DNA from: Eukaryota sp. GEM-RC1
Lineage: Eukaryota
NCBI GenBank assembly: GCA_040285855.1
Contig: JAUFOQ010000003.1
Location: 1,860,001 to 1,924,000, forward strand
DNA length: 64,000 bases
Reading direction: 5' to 3'
Part shown: one piece after another, positions 46,528 through 59,121 of the stretch
Layout of the letters: each line of letters starts with the position of its first letter
Numbering within the stretch: the first letter of the stretch is position 1
Position numbers and translations under genes: made by a program
The notes under the pieces: generated by a model
Database searches by the model: none
The model's input: the letters and a program-made list of their open reading frames with translations, nothing else
Told to the model about the DNA's origin: nothing

Positions 46528-47480
46528 TTGTTAATTTCTGATGTTATTAGTTTGGTTTGTAAAGCATATGTTGTTCTAAAAGGTTTATTTCTCATGAATT
46601 TTCTACAACAAATTGAAAATCAAGACAAAGGCTGAATCCATATTCAATTCTTCTATGGCAAAAAGAATCTAAAAGTTATTCTCCACTTTTGCTACCCGAT
46701 TAGATATGTAAAATTGTTTCTGATACAATAAAAATACAGTGCTGTAAGAACTATTCAAACTGAAGTACACATAGCAGCTAGAATCAGTGGTAACAACAAT
46801 TGATTTTGATCAAAAAAGAACTCTGGAAATATCTTTGGTAACTTCGACTCAGAGGAAGAGGTTCAGTCCATTTGTATGTTCTATTTTTAGTCCACACTTA
46901 TTTCATCAATTATGGCTAGTTTATGGTCCTCTCAAAAAATAATTGGTTGTACTATTCATTCAATATTATTTGATAGATTGAAGCCGATTGTTCATTTTTG
47001 TCAATAACTACAATAGACGTATTGTTAACCATGACACGACACGTTCATGGCTCACTAAAAACGACAATGTACTGTGTTAGAAACGTCGCAGGGTTATTTT
47101 TTTGACAAATTTCACGTTCCATTGTTGAAACGTTAACAGTCTATATGAAAGTATCAAACCATATAATTTGTCTCACCAGAACATCCTCCAAGATCACAAC
47201 AATCAAATAATTTTGCATCAGCTAAACAAAAATTAATAAAAATTGACCCGAAACAACCAGGAACAACAGTAAAATTAGAAAGCAACTTTTCGTTAATGTG
47301 ATAAGTTGAATAGGGAATTCTTCTTCACATTCGAATTGATCGTTGTACCCTTTTGTATCTTCACTGTACGGATCTTTAGGTGCATCTGCAACACCATTAC
47401 TTAAAATAATTGTGAAGATTGTAAAGAAAAACATCTAAGACTTGTGATCTTAGATGTTGCTAAAATCTATTTGTGATATG

Positions 47481-48467
47481 CAGGGCTCTGTAATATTGAA
47501 TTGCCAATTCAATATTGTCAATAAATATGTACCAATATTGATTGGTTGCCGAAAAACCAATACCAATATATTGCCAATATTGATCAATATGGATGTTTGG
47601 GTATTTTGTCTCAAACATCTACGGGACAATGTATATGAGTGTCTGTCAGCTGTACATTAATTGAACTTCTTAGTACAAATGAGCCAACCACTTACGTTAT
47701 GAGAAAATCTGTCAATCCAATAGAAGAATTATTTAGTTCAAACTTAACTTACTCTTACTATCTTTATGACGGACAATAAAACAATCTGTCTCACCTTTTA
47801 TTCCCTTACATCCAAGAATTTGAGTCCGGTGTCTTGAAAGTAATTGATGGAACCGAAAGTTTATTTTCTACTCAAGAAAAGAACTATCTTCAGAAGTTTG
47901 AAATGGGGGAAAGTCCTGTCATTTTGTTTCCAGAACCAGAAAGTCAGGAAGGAGAGAAAGGAACGCTTTCTGAACGAGCCTCTCAATTATCACAGACCAG
48001 AAGAACTGCCAATATAAAATATCAAGATTTGACTTGGATTCCAGCCACTTCTGTGGAGATTGAGAGACTTTTTTCCAAAGTCAAACTTGCAGTTGGAATG
48101 ACTCGCTATTCTTTATCCAATAGCAGATTGAAAGCTCAACTTTGGTTGCATTACAACAGAAGTCTTTGGAATGTTGGAACTGTTCGTAAAGCTTGTTGAA
48201 TACAATTAATCAATGTTAATCTAAAGAAGTCTTTAGTTTCTTTTTCTGGATTAGTATGTATTATATTATAATTATTGTTGCAAGTACACTCTTCATTGGT
48301 TTTACAGTAGTAGTTTATTGTTTTATGCATTTTAGAAGTAGATCTTGATAAAGCTACTTCATATACTAGGTTTAACTATATGGGCAATATTGGCAATATA
48401 TTGGTCGATACCAATATTGATTGGAAGGTCAAAAACCAATACCAATATATTGCATTACAGAGCCCTG
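47481..48467 (+). mobile_element. Non-autonomous hAT element, 987 bp, with transposase dimerisation-domain remnant
   Basis: 14-bp TIR CAGGGCTCTGTAAT, perfect 8-bp TSD GTGATATG, CCAATA subterminal repeats, and ORF 47834-48199 with WIPATSVEIERLFS...LWLHYNRSLW. Confidence 0.93.
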
Positions 48468-48671
48468 GTGATATGGTATGGTGATTTATGTTTCTACACC
48501 TTATTATCTCTTGGCAGACATCATGAGGATAATGATTATTAGTTGTATGAACACCGCAGCGCTGTTGTTAACAAATATCTTTCATGAATATCACCGAAAT
48601 AACAGTAGCATAATTGGAACATATTTTAAGGATGCGGTTTTAGGGCAGACCGTATCCGAAGACGACATGAA

Positions 48672-48743
48672 TCGGTCATAGTATAGTGGTGAGTATCCCC
48701 GCCTGTCACGCGGGAGGCCGGGGTTCGATTCCCCGTGACCGAG
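48672..48743 (+). tRNA. tRNA-Asp(GTC)
   Basis: Acceptor TCGGTCA/TGACCGA, anticodon arm CCCGC-CTGTCAC-GCGGG, T-loop GGTTCGATTCC, downstream T run. Confidence 0.97.
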
Positions 48744-49283
48744 TAATATTTTTACCAAATTATTTTCTGATTCAATTGTCAATTTTGGCATATCAGAAGA
48801 GTCTGAGGTTTTGTGAGAATAAGAATTGTTAAAACGTACTAGTACGTCAAAACTCAGGTCAAAGCACTTGATGATGACCAATCCTCTGTCATATGAACTA
48901 CATTTTGCTGAAAACTGTTTCAACATGAGTTTAAACTGTATTGGCGCTATAAATTGATTAAGAACAAGAAACTCATCCAAGAACACTCAAATGATTGTCC
49001 TTGTCCTTCTTCGTTTTTCTATATGTTTCGATCTAGAGTAATGCATCAGTCAAAAGTACTAGTAAGTAAATTTCTCTCTAGAATTCCTTTGTGTTTGATT
49101 TACTTGTGATGAAAAAATCACTGTTAGTTAATAAGATATGCAACATTCTTACAAAGAGAATCGTTTAGTATTTAATAGTTTCTTCCTTTTCGAAACGTCA
49201 AGACTGAAACTAAAAACTCAAAAGAACTAATACAGTTCAATCAAAAAGACTATAATACAAAAGATCAATCATCATCAAATCAA

Positions 49284-52026
49284 TCAAGACTGGACATTCA
49301 TAGCCAAATTTTTAATTTGTTCCTTAATCTGTGGGATTCTAGCCATAGAGGTTAGACAAGAAGCAGAAATTTTACGAATAACTTGACTGTCACATCCAGA
49401 AAGCGCCACCATCTCAGTTAGAATAGTTCTAGTAGCAACTCTGATACAAATGTCATCTGTCAATGTGGATAAAATGTGGAGAATTCGACAACAGTCTCGA
49501 ACAACGTTTTCATGTTGAGAACTAAGTAAACCTTGAAAAGAGGTAAAATAAGAACTTTCCGAATTCAGAAAAATTTCTACAAATAATTTAACATTTTCCA
49601 TTCTTAAACCTACTGATTTGTCAGAATACTTAAGTGAAGTTAAAATACAGGACAACGCATTCTCAGCAAGGAATCTTGGACTATCATTAAAGAAAAGAAT
49701 TGTAAACAGAGCAGAAAAAATAATAGAGACCAGCTGACCATCAACTTTTGGTGTAAAATCTGAATTCTCCGACAACATGAGTGACTGTAAAGCAGATACG
49801 ACGTTTTCAGCTAAATTACATGGTAAAACCTCAGTAGTAATATGTGAAATCAAATGGCTTACGACATTAGTGTTTAAAAACCTTGATCTAATAGTGGGAT
49901 CTCTTGCACAGTTAGTAATGATACCACAGACGAATTCACACACGGACGGTGATGAATCTGATTGATTGCTGGAGACGTCAGCATGTCGGTCAGGGTGAAT
50001 ATGATTGCATCGGGCTAGTAAATCAACTAGAACATCGACTAGACTGGAGTTTTGAATGATTATTCGAACTTGTGAACTTGCGGATAAATTCCTGATAACA
50101 CCCAACGACTTCCCAAGAATTCCAGCAGACTCCTCTTGACTTGAATGCTTTACAAGAAACGTCAAAAGAGTCTTATCTTTAGAGAAAGCGTTGGCAAAAT
50201 GAGCATGAGAATCGGAAATACTTGAAACAATCCATAGAATAGCCAAAGTTTTGTCAATAAATTTAAGAGAAAATTTAATACTTTTCGATATGAACCGGTG
50301 TTTCAATACCAGCAGAAGTAGCTCAATTCCAGTTTCATGTTTAATCAACTGCCGTTTGATACCATCATTTAAGGCAGAATTACAGAGACAGCCAGATAAA
50401 TGTTCTACTGACAGCAAATCAACAGTCCCTCCATTCAAAAATCGATGGAACAAAATAAAAACATTTTCCAAAAATTTAATATTTTCATTTTTTTGGAGAA
50501 ACTCTCGGACTGATCCATCAGAACTCAGAACCCATAAACAACCTGAAGCATTAGCCACACTATTACCATGAGGGCTTAATAAGAGGTCAACAAGAATTTG
50601 TATAATGGAGGTTTTGAGAAAAAGAGTCTTGTTTTCTGGAGTAACTGAAATATTCCAAAAGAAACCAATAATGTTCTCTACCATGACGTAATGGCGATCA
50701 GTCTTCATGAATTTTTCAACAATTTTAATTAAAATATTTAAGAAATCAACACCCATTTCGCCAATGTATTGACGATTCTGGTCATCAGATGATCCATTCC
50801 ACAGAATTCCAGCGACTTTTGATAAACATGACGTCAGTTTCGTCAAAAATGATGGATCTTTAGCATTATTTGTCGATTCCAAGTTACTCAAATACAATAA
50901 ACAATTACCTAAAATTTCAAAACAATTAGTGGAATCATTTACTAACCATTGTCTAACTTGATTGTTTCTGGTCAAATAACCAAATGCAATAGAAAGAGGC
51001 TCTATCAAATTGATTGATTCCATGACGTTTACATTTGAACTATATAATGAAAGCAACAATTTAACCAATACCGATAGCAAATCACGATCAATTAATAAAT
51101 GATTATTGGATTCAACTAGAGTACAAGGCCAAAGAGCACTGAGAGAGTGGAAAAATAAATTAAAATTTTGAGAAGAATAGGGCTGCTTGAGACAAAATTT
51201 GAGAATATTTAAAAATCTTTTTGAAATCAAGGATTCCAGAAGTTTTGCTCGGAACTTAGTTTTGGACCCTTTTGATTTCTTTGCCGAATAGCACTGAATA
51301 AAAGCAGACAACAACTGTAGAATATTTGAAATATTTGAAATATTGGCTGAGTACTCTTTCATTAAATCCTCTAGCAACAGAGAAAGGTCAGCCAAAGCCT
51401 TGAAGATAGGAGAACACACATCTAAGTTGGATATGAGTAAATCCATGAACATTGAGGAAAACATGATTACAAAAGGAAGGGAATCTAAGTTCAATGGCAA
51501 TTTGGACAAGAGAATTTGAAGAAAGGAAGTGATGAAGGTCAGATCAGGAGCACTCTTTTTGATGTTTCTTCAAAAACGACGTCATTAGGTCAAAATCGTC
51601 ACTTGAAAGGTCTTGGTAATTGTCTTCCACGAAAGCTATTAAGGCCTTAAGATCATTTTCAGCAAGAATGGTAGTCAGTGTAAGTACGGGGGGTTCAGGG
51701 GTAGGGGGAGCTGGAGGTGGAAGCGATGAGAAAAGGGTGATGAGGGAAGATAGGGAAGTACGCTGAGCCTTTGCTTCGTATAGCTTGGTTTCTAGAGATT
51801 GTATTAATTCTGAGAGTTCAGAAAGAGATGACTGAAGGTTATCGATGGTAGAGGCAATGGGGGAATCATGGTGATTGAGACACAGAGGACATCCGGATAT
51901 GAAAGAATACTTGAAGGCGTGGACTAATGCAAGACAATGGTTAAGGCAGAAATGGTGTGGACAATCAGAAGAGACTGAAATAGAGCAAGAAGGCTCATCA
52001 CAGAAAGAGCACTGTGATTCAGACAT
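49284..52026 (-). CDS. RING-like zinc finger + coiled coil + armadillo-repeat protein (1 homopolymer frameshift)
   Basis: CSFC...CPHHFCLNHC...CPLC at the N-terminus. Removing one A at ~51558 joins ORF 51544-52077 to ORF 49284-51509, which has ARM motifs AGILWNGS, IGFFWNIS, ASGCLWVLS and LGVIRNLS. Confidence 0.7.
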
Positions 52027-52447
52027 AGTTTCAAGAAGAGGAGTCCAGATCGACAAGATTTGCTTCCAGTCCAGCAATCAATTCTTCAGCTAACAATATA
52101 CATCGTATATATATATGTAACTCCACATTTATGTCCTTACAAGAACAATCAATACGTCACAGTCTCTGTTGTATTGTATTCTATTTATTAATAGATTTGC
52201 GCTCTGGTTAGATCGACTATCAGTCTCAGATTTTCTAATTTTAACAGCAGAGCGAACCGAATAATTGACTTGTTTGTCTTTACGGTGTCGCTGATTGAAT
52301 TGCACAAATACAAAAACAGAAGATTTTTCATCCTTAAAAAACAGTATACAAGACCAGAATTAATAGTTTACATGTTCACAGTAATATACAAGCAATTGAG
52401 AAATAATTACAAAGCATCTACACAAACTTTACAAATACTACAAAACT

Positions 52448-53032
52448 TTAACATGAACAATTGGCTAAATATCTTGGACTAGAAGAGATATCCACATCTG
52501 TTGATGGTTGTTTCTTCTGATACAACTGTACAGCTGTGTCCTCCACAACATTGTACAACTGAGTAATGCCTTCACCTGTTTTACTACTGGTTTGAAAAAA
52601 ATGGTGTATGTTCGCATCCTTCATCCATGAGTAGATGTGGGATTCCGGCACTTCCCATGAAGACGAAACTAGGTCGATTTTAGTAGCTACAAGGAAGATT
52701 TGACAGTCTGGTTGAAGTTCTTGGAGTTCTTTTATCCAACGTTTGGCAGCATCGAAAGATGAGGTGTCCGTGGGATCAAAACAAACAAGGGAAAGGTCAC
52801 TAGAGCGCATATACAATGAGGACAGAGACTGATAAGCTTCAGCTCCGGCAGTGTCCCAAATAGACATGTTGAAGTCAGCAATTGGAGGGCGGCTGATCCT
52901 GTGAGGTCTGAAAGCGACCCCAACGGTGTTGGACACTCGGTTAAATTGCTGCTTGAGGAAGCAAACATTAAGGAGACAGGTTTTGCCAACATTCATGGCT
53001 CCCAACAGTATAAGTTTCAATTCACTAGACAT
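52448..53032 (-). CDS. Rab GTPase, Rab24-like
   Basis: GAMNVGKT, WDTAGAE, ATKIDL (TKxD in place of NKxD, as in Rab24/Rab20), FQTSSKTG, and a C-terminal CSC prenylation motif. Confidence 0.85.
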   Translation of the reverse strand: MSSELKLILLGAMNVGKTCLLNVCFLKQQFNRVSNTVGVAFRPHRISRPPIADFNMSIWDTAGAEAYQSLSSLYMRSSDLSLVCFDPTDTSSFDAAKRWIKELQELQPDCQIFLVATKIDLVSSSWEVPESHIYSWMKDANIHHFFQTSSKTGEGITQLYNVVEDTAVQLYQKKQPSTDVDISSSPRYLANCSC

Positions 53033-53109
53033 CAAAAAGCTTAAAGATAAAGATAACTGGAAGAAGATACAGATATGTACTTTTTCAAAAGGTTTCTCAT
53101 CTGTCAGTA

Positions 53110-54457
53110 TTTGGAGGCAACTACTTTTCGGAATTAGGAAGTTCGTTTGACAATTTGTTTTAATAGTCTTTATTTATTTGTTGTTTTCTTGTTGTGTGTT
53201 TTTCTACATAAATCCGCTTTATTAATCTTCATCATTAACTGTATTAAATAGTCAAATAGGAGTAGTATCATATGGATCATCAGCCTTGTATTAAACGCTG
53301 TTAAGCTTATCACCCAATTCAAGAACAAATGTAAGTTAAAGTGTGCACATTCGATTGACATGAACTTTGGCAAATCGCATCAACACACCTACACAATGCT
53401 TCAAAGAGGGAATATTCCAACCTTCGTCTGCAATAACTTTCATTCAAATTCTTTCCTTACTGTTTATACAATTTGCTGAAAGTAGTGAGACATTTGTGTG
53501 ATAAATGATTGTTGTTGACGAGAACTCATCTTGAAAAATTATTCACCGTAGCGATGTAAATTTTTTACTTTCAGTAGTTTCAAGAACTGAATAATCTTCG
53601 TCTAAAAATGTGTTTAGAGAAGTTGAGTTACAAGGATCAACCGTTATGCAGTCCATAATTACTACACCAATCGGTTTAAATAGTGTGGACCAGACTAATT
53701 CTAGTCCATACTATTTCTTTATCCAGACTATTTACACTGATTGGTGTAGTATTTCATGAGAGGACAACCAAGGACCAATCAAATTTCATCTGCACTTATC
53801 TCACATAATTGAGTCAGAAAGTATTTAACACTGGTTCGATTTTCCCAGGAAAACCATTGCTCTTAAACAATTCCAAAGATTGATCATGTATACTGTTGTG
53901 AATGATTGATCTTAAACAAATACAAGTGTACATTTACTGTACATTTATTACATGGGGGTATATGTGTCCTTGACCCTTATTACAATTGACCATATTTGTC
54001 TATAATTAGTCTCATCAGCAAATTAGCAGTGAAACTAGTGTTGAAGCAACCAACTGTTATGCTCTAAAGACCAAATTTATGATTATAGATGAAGTGGTGT
54101 GAAAGCGAATAGAGTAGCTGAATTCTCTGTGAAAATTGGTGAACAACGTTACAATATGGTTCTGTGAAAAACCAACCAATATTTTGAATCCATCTACAGT
54201 AGCATAAGATATTGTAGTATTTGTTTTCAGTCTCCCATCGAACTTCCACAACCGTCCACAGTATTGGTATCGTACAATTACTTGATGGTGTCACAAGAAG
54301 TTTGATTTTTTGACCACATGGTTAGATGACTTTTTTTTAAATAAAACGGATTTATGTGCGGAGAAAAATACACAACAAGAAAACAACAAATAAATTGACA
54401 CTATTAAAACAAATTATCAACCGAACTACCTAATTCCGAAAAGTAGTTGCCTCCAAA
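53110..54457. repeat. ~115-bp imperfect inverted repeat pair (53110-53223 / 54340-54457)
   Basis: TTTGGAGGCAACTACTTTTCGGAATTAGG... is mirrored by ...CCTAATTCCGAAAAGTAGTTGCCTCCAAA, with patchy similarity extending outward (ACTGGAAGA/TCTTCCAGT). No clear TSD. Confidence 0.85.
53330..53940 (-). mobile_element. Degraded RLE-type retrotransposon remnant interrupted by a ~90-bp MITE (53660-53751)
   Basis: Minus strand reads RSIIHNSIHDQ...FKSNGFPGKIEPVL...IGPWLSSHE | IMDCITVDPCN. The break coincides with the inverted repeat ACTACACCAATCGGTTTAAATAGT / ACTATTTACACTGATTGGTGTAGT. Confidence 0.7.
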
Positions 54458-55020
54458 CAACTTAGACAAAATGGAATCAACATATCTATACATATACCTA
54501 AAAATCAAAAAACACAAATTTACTCTTCCAGTACGATGTAGTTTTCAATTGTTTTTCATAATGTAGATAGGTCAATTTCACTCCAATATTGACAAACCAA
54601 TTTAAACTACTGTTTGTTGTTTTATAGCTAGTGGCTGAACGCAGAATGTAAGTTCCTTCATATTTGTAATTTAAATCAACCTTGAGTGTGCCAATTTTGG
54701 AACGAAAACCTGATTAAAGAGCGACAAGAAAGAACTGACGATCGAAGCTAAATTTACATTTAAAGTAATGTATTCAATGAAATGCTTCTATAATAGTCAT
54801 TGTCGAAACCCAAGTTGAAATGAACAAAAGCAGTTTTTGCTGTACAGAGTTTCCGAAAAACCACCACATCGTAGATTGCTGAACAAACGATATAGATATA
54901 TTTAGCAATACAAGCCATTTCAGAACTTAATTTTCTTGGAGATGATCCCATCGTTAGCTCATCAGGGTTTTTGCGCAAATTGAAATCAAACTGACGTAAA
55001 CAAAAGTTTCCAAAAACATA

Positions 55021-55093
55021 CTCACCCGATGAGAATCGAACTCACAACCTTTCGATTAACAGTCGAGCGCACTACCGATTGTGCTACAGGTGA
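55021..55093 (-). tRNA. tRNA-Asn(GTT)
   Basis: Reverse complement TCACCTGTAGCACAATCGGTAGTGCGCTCGACTGTTAATCGAAAGGTTGTGAGTTCGATTCTCATCGGGTGAG folds as a cloverleaf with anticodon GTT. Confidence 0.95.
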
Positions 55094-55309
55094 TTGATGT
55101 TTTCTGTGTTGCGTGGCTTAATTCATGGGAACACGATAATCCTTTTTCAACTAATATTTGCTACATTCAAATAAATGTTTATTGTAGCAATTTATGAATT
55201 AAAAAGGTCAACGACTCTCATTTTGAAAATTTCAAAAGAAAGTTCACCCAAATTGATAACCTGTCGACACAACTACATTTATTGTTAACAGGGAAAATAC
55301 ATAACAACT

Positions 55310-55936
55310 TTAATGGATTTTAGTCCTTTTAAGATCTTTCTTTAGAAATTGAGACTGAACAATTGAAGTAGCAACAATGAGACAAACGATTAAAAGCGTA
55401 AAGTATGGGATGCGAGCATTCGTGATCTCATTAGCTTCAGCAGCATGAACAGTCAAATCTCTTAGGTAGAGTTGAGTAGTGTGTACAGTACGCAGCTGCT
55501 CTTGCAACCTAGTTAGTTCAACCTCCAAAGGTTTCAGCTGTTCAGTTTTGGCGAGATCAGCCATAGATTCCGGGGTTTCTCCTAGTCGATACTTGAACAC
55601 AACCTCTCTTGAGTTTACTCGCGAACTGGCCGTTGATATCCGTGATGAAATGTAGAAGGAATATTGACCTGGAATATTTGTAGTAAATGCGAACTGAGAA
55701 AGAGTTCTCATGTCAACTTTCGAGTATACTATTTCACCATTAGGTGCTTCGATACGGAAATCAACTTGAGTTAACGGTGTATCTCTGCCGAAGTCCCACG
55801 TTGAACCGATGTCACCAACGATGAAAGTATCTGAGGGGAATTCATCTATGAATATACGTTCATCAAAACCAGTGAGTTCAAATTTAAGAGAAAAACAAAA
55901 GGCAAAGAGCAGAGAAAGGAGTATCACAGTATTCAT
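55310..55936 (-). CDS. p24/TMED (GOLD-domain) cargo receptor
   Basis: Signal peptide from ATG 55936, GOLD region QFAFTTNIPGQYSFY, LKPLEVELTRL coiled coil, NEITNARI, a TM helix, and basic tail LKKDLKRTKIH. Confidence 0.9.
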   Translation of the reverse strand: MNTVILLSLLFAFCFSLKFELTGFDERIFIDEFPSDTFIVGDIGSTWDFGRDTPLTQVDFRIEAPNGEIVYSKVDMRTLSQFAFTTNIPGQYSFYISSRISTASSRVNSREVVFKYRLGETPESMADLAKTEQLKPLEVELTRLQEQLRTVHTTQLYLRDLTVHAAEANEITNARIPYFTLLIVCLIVATSIVQSQFLKKDLKRTKIH

Positions 55937-56343
55937 AGAGTAGATGTAAGTGAGGTATGCTTTTGCTGGTGGGCTCAATTTCTTTCAACTTTTTTAGTTG
56001 GTACTTCACTGTCAAAATATCAAGAAAACATAAGCAGCAGACTACCGTTGTCACTATACCACTCTTTAGTCGTTTTAATGTTCTTTACTTAAATATTCCA
56101 ATAGATTAACTTCAGTGGGAGTGTATTGCTAACAGTTGTTCATGACAGTTTTACCATATTTAATTGTGGAAACTCCAAAAGACAAAAAAGGAAAGAGTGA
56201 TAAAAAACATTTAATAAGAACAGAGCTTTAAATAATACGCCTTTTATTTACTCTTACAAATACAAACTATCATCAATATTAACAAATGAGATACAAATAC
56301 CTCTACATCATCTCAAATTCATGTCTCAATGCAAAGAGACGGT

Positions 56344-56470
56344 TCAAAATCGAATCAAAATACCTAAACAGTGCTTTGAAAGGGAAAACAACAACCTTTC
56401 TCTCCAGCAAATTTCATTAAAATTCTTTCCATACTGCTTACACAATTTGCCAAAATCGGTGAGAAGTTGT
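56344..56470 (-). mobile_element. Very short 3' fragment of an RLE-type retrotransposon
   Basis: QLLTDFGKLCKQYGKNFNEICWRERLLFS matches the C-terminal helix of the other copies. Confidence 0.55.
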
Positions 56471-56758
56471 TGACCGGAGCTTTTAATTGATTTATTCAGT
56501 TTTGGATAGCACTGTAACATTTTCACAAACTCATTTCTAGGGTATAAGAAATGGAAGCTGACTAAGCTAACTTAAAAGAAACTACATGGGAAAGATTATT
56601 GAGAACATGTTAATTGATTTTAAAGTAGTGGCGTGACATGTGCTAATTTTGAATCATGAAGTCAATTGCAACGCCGAGTCCCAAACAAACTTGAAAAGAT
56701 CAATTACCAATTTTATATATTCAAGAACAACAGTACTAGTAGAATCTTTAAACAAAGC

Positions 56759-57589
56759 CTATTCTGGGATATCTATCAGGTCGACATAATCCAATTTCTC
56801 AATTTTCTCCAACATTGACACCATTCCAGGATCCCTGGTTGAATCTTCCATATCAGAACACCAGTCATAGAAGTCTTCTAAGAATGTCATTATTCGAGAA
56901 GCTGAGATTCGTTTGACTGAGGGATCCTGGGTTAGAACAGTGAGCATATATTCTTCCTCAAGACTGGATTTCTTCTTACGATACTTTTCCGGCAAGTAAT
57001 AGGTAAAATCCAATCTTTGGAAACCTTTAGCATGCCAATAGCCACGAGCGGAAGAACTAGCAGGTGCCACACTTACTTCAGCAAAGAACAATAGCGGATT
57101 TGGGGACAGCTTTTCACTATCTGACAATATATCCATGGAGCTACGCCAGACCTTGGAAGCAAGTCCCTGTCGTTTGTATTCCGGATGAGTGGCCAGATAA
57201 CCAACCAACACGTTAGAATGGCGTGGAAATACGTCACATGAAACACCACAAACAACAAGGTCTTCCTTGGAATCTGTCAGAAGCGAGACATGACAAAATG
57301 GGCCATCGTCCAGAGCTTCAGACTGGATTACCAGAACTTGCTCTGTTTCTAAAGGGTCGTCTTGGAAGTTCGTCTTCAGGAGGTCCATCCATCCAGTAAT
57401 CAATTCCTTACGTTGTGAAAGTGTAACTAACTTATAACTGTCAGACAATGGTTGGGGGAGGACTGTCTTGGATTCACTTGGGTTCAGGCTCCATTTTTTC
57501 TTACGTTTCTTAGGTCCACGGGAGCAGCCAGATATTTCGGGAGAGTCGGGTTGAGAAACATTACCATACATAGATTGACCAGTGTACAA
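56759..57589 (-). CDS. GNAT-family acetyltransferase (start uncertain)
   Basis: LVGYLATHPEYKRQGLAS acetyl-CoA-binding motif A and YWHAKGF motif B. The first in-frame ATG is 57571; alternatively ATG 57690 via a frameshift at a T run. Confidence 0.75.
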   Translation of the reverse strand: MYTGQSMYGNVSQPDSPEISGCSRGPKKRKKKWSLNPSESKTVLPQPLSDSYKLVTLSQRKELITGWMDLLKTNFQDDPLETEQVLVIQSEALDDGPFCHVSLLTDSKEDLVVCGVSCDVFPRHSNVLVGYLATHPEYKRQGLASKVWRSSMDILSDSEKLSPNPLLFFAEVSVAPASSSARGYWHAKGFQRLDFTYYLPEKYRKKKSSLEEEYMLTVLTQDPSVKRISASRIMTFLEDFYDWCSDMEDSTRDPGMVSMLEKIEKLDYVDLIDIPE

Positions 57590-59121
57590 AAGGGCAAGAA
57601 GTCCTTGAGAATTTTTGGTCTTTTGGTAGAAATCCTGACACGCGTGTTTCCTTCAACACCAACCCATTTTGTCCAATGTCGTAGTAACATGTAATAAAAT
57701 GATTTTCAGTAGTTCCGACTAGGACTAGCAGTGTTCAGAAAATGACCTCTTTGATTGAGTAGATTTGAAACCGGATTTTGACTTTGCTATCCTATAGTCA
57801 GTTCCTTACCGATTATTTCAAAAGTTTCGAAGTTCCAAGCCTTTTGTAAACAGTCGTTTTTTACAACAAAACTAATGTACACAATAGGCATTGACTTCAA
57901 TTTGTTTGGATAAATTTAGTATATCGTAACCGCTTTTTTGTTCCAGGTAGAGATATTTTGAATTCGATTTTAGGTCAGTTGCTTGGAGAAGGACAAAAGG
58001 ATCATACTTTCAGATACTTCAGTACATGTTGTTATACATTATTTTTGCCAGAACACTTATTTCACTGAATTGATCATAAACCCCATTTCTTTAGTGCAAA
58101 GGCCAACATTAGTGTAGTGTCTATTTGGATTATAGTGTACACTGGGAAAGTTTGAAAGGAAATTTTAGTATAACTCTCAGTAATGAGACTAGTGTGCTGA
58201 TCTCACAAATTAGACAAACAAGAGTAATTTAAGGACACAAAAATGATATCAATTCTATGACGTAGAATAATTATTCAACCAGACTTGGGTATCACAATTT
58301 TTGTGATGTGTTCACTGTGAGATATATTTGTGATTCACAGGTATCACAAAATGACTAAATTTGTGAGTAATATTTGTGGAACCTGTGATGCTTATGGGGG
58401 TCAAAATGCGTAAAATACGGAGTTATATTCTAATTGAAAACTAAACTCAATCAATTATTACTATTGTGTGTGTATTATTGAATTATTGTATATATGACTC
58501 AATCTTGAAAGAATGTAAGAGATCACATTGACATTTTGTCTTCTTTGTCACTTGACCGCAGCTCTATACTCCAAAAAGGAACTCACTGATAGTAAAGCAA
58601 TATCGTAGATTGGGGGAATTGTTTTACAAGCAGTATAATTATACTAACGTAAGATCAAAACGGTTGTTCATCCTCTTTTACTATTTTATCATTTAGAAAT
58701 ATGAGTCCACTTTTTCCTAAACGATCGACCATCCAAACGAACACGTTCACATGTTTAAGAGTCATCCATGGTCTTTCGTACTTTTGAAGTATTTCCACAG
58801 CTACATTGAGGGTGATTAAACAATAGACCGTGTACCTGAAGGATTTGATTTGACTAACAGTAGACGTCTCCTTTAAATTAATTGTACAATTTGACGTTCT
58901 ACAATCCAATGGCCCTCATATCTAGCTGAAAATATGGTTCAAATGAGTAAGACCAGTATTATCTGTATTTGTGATGTGATATACCTCAAATATCACACTG
59001 TGATGTAATGTGATGTTGTGATATGTGATTCACATCTACAGATATGTAGATATGTACATTTTGTATACCACAAAATGCAAAAATGTATGTATTCACCCTA
59101 GACTCTTGTATCTTGTTCAAA

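Noticed and set aside
58280..59040. Possible degraded hAT element with TGTGAT/ATCACA subterminal repeats
   Set aside because: The motif clusters at both ends are suggestive, but I could not establish matching TIRs, a TSD or a transposase motif.
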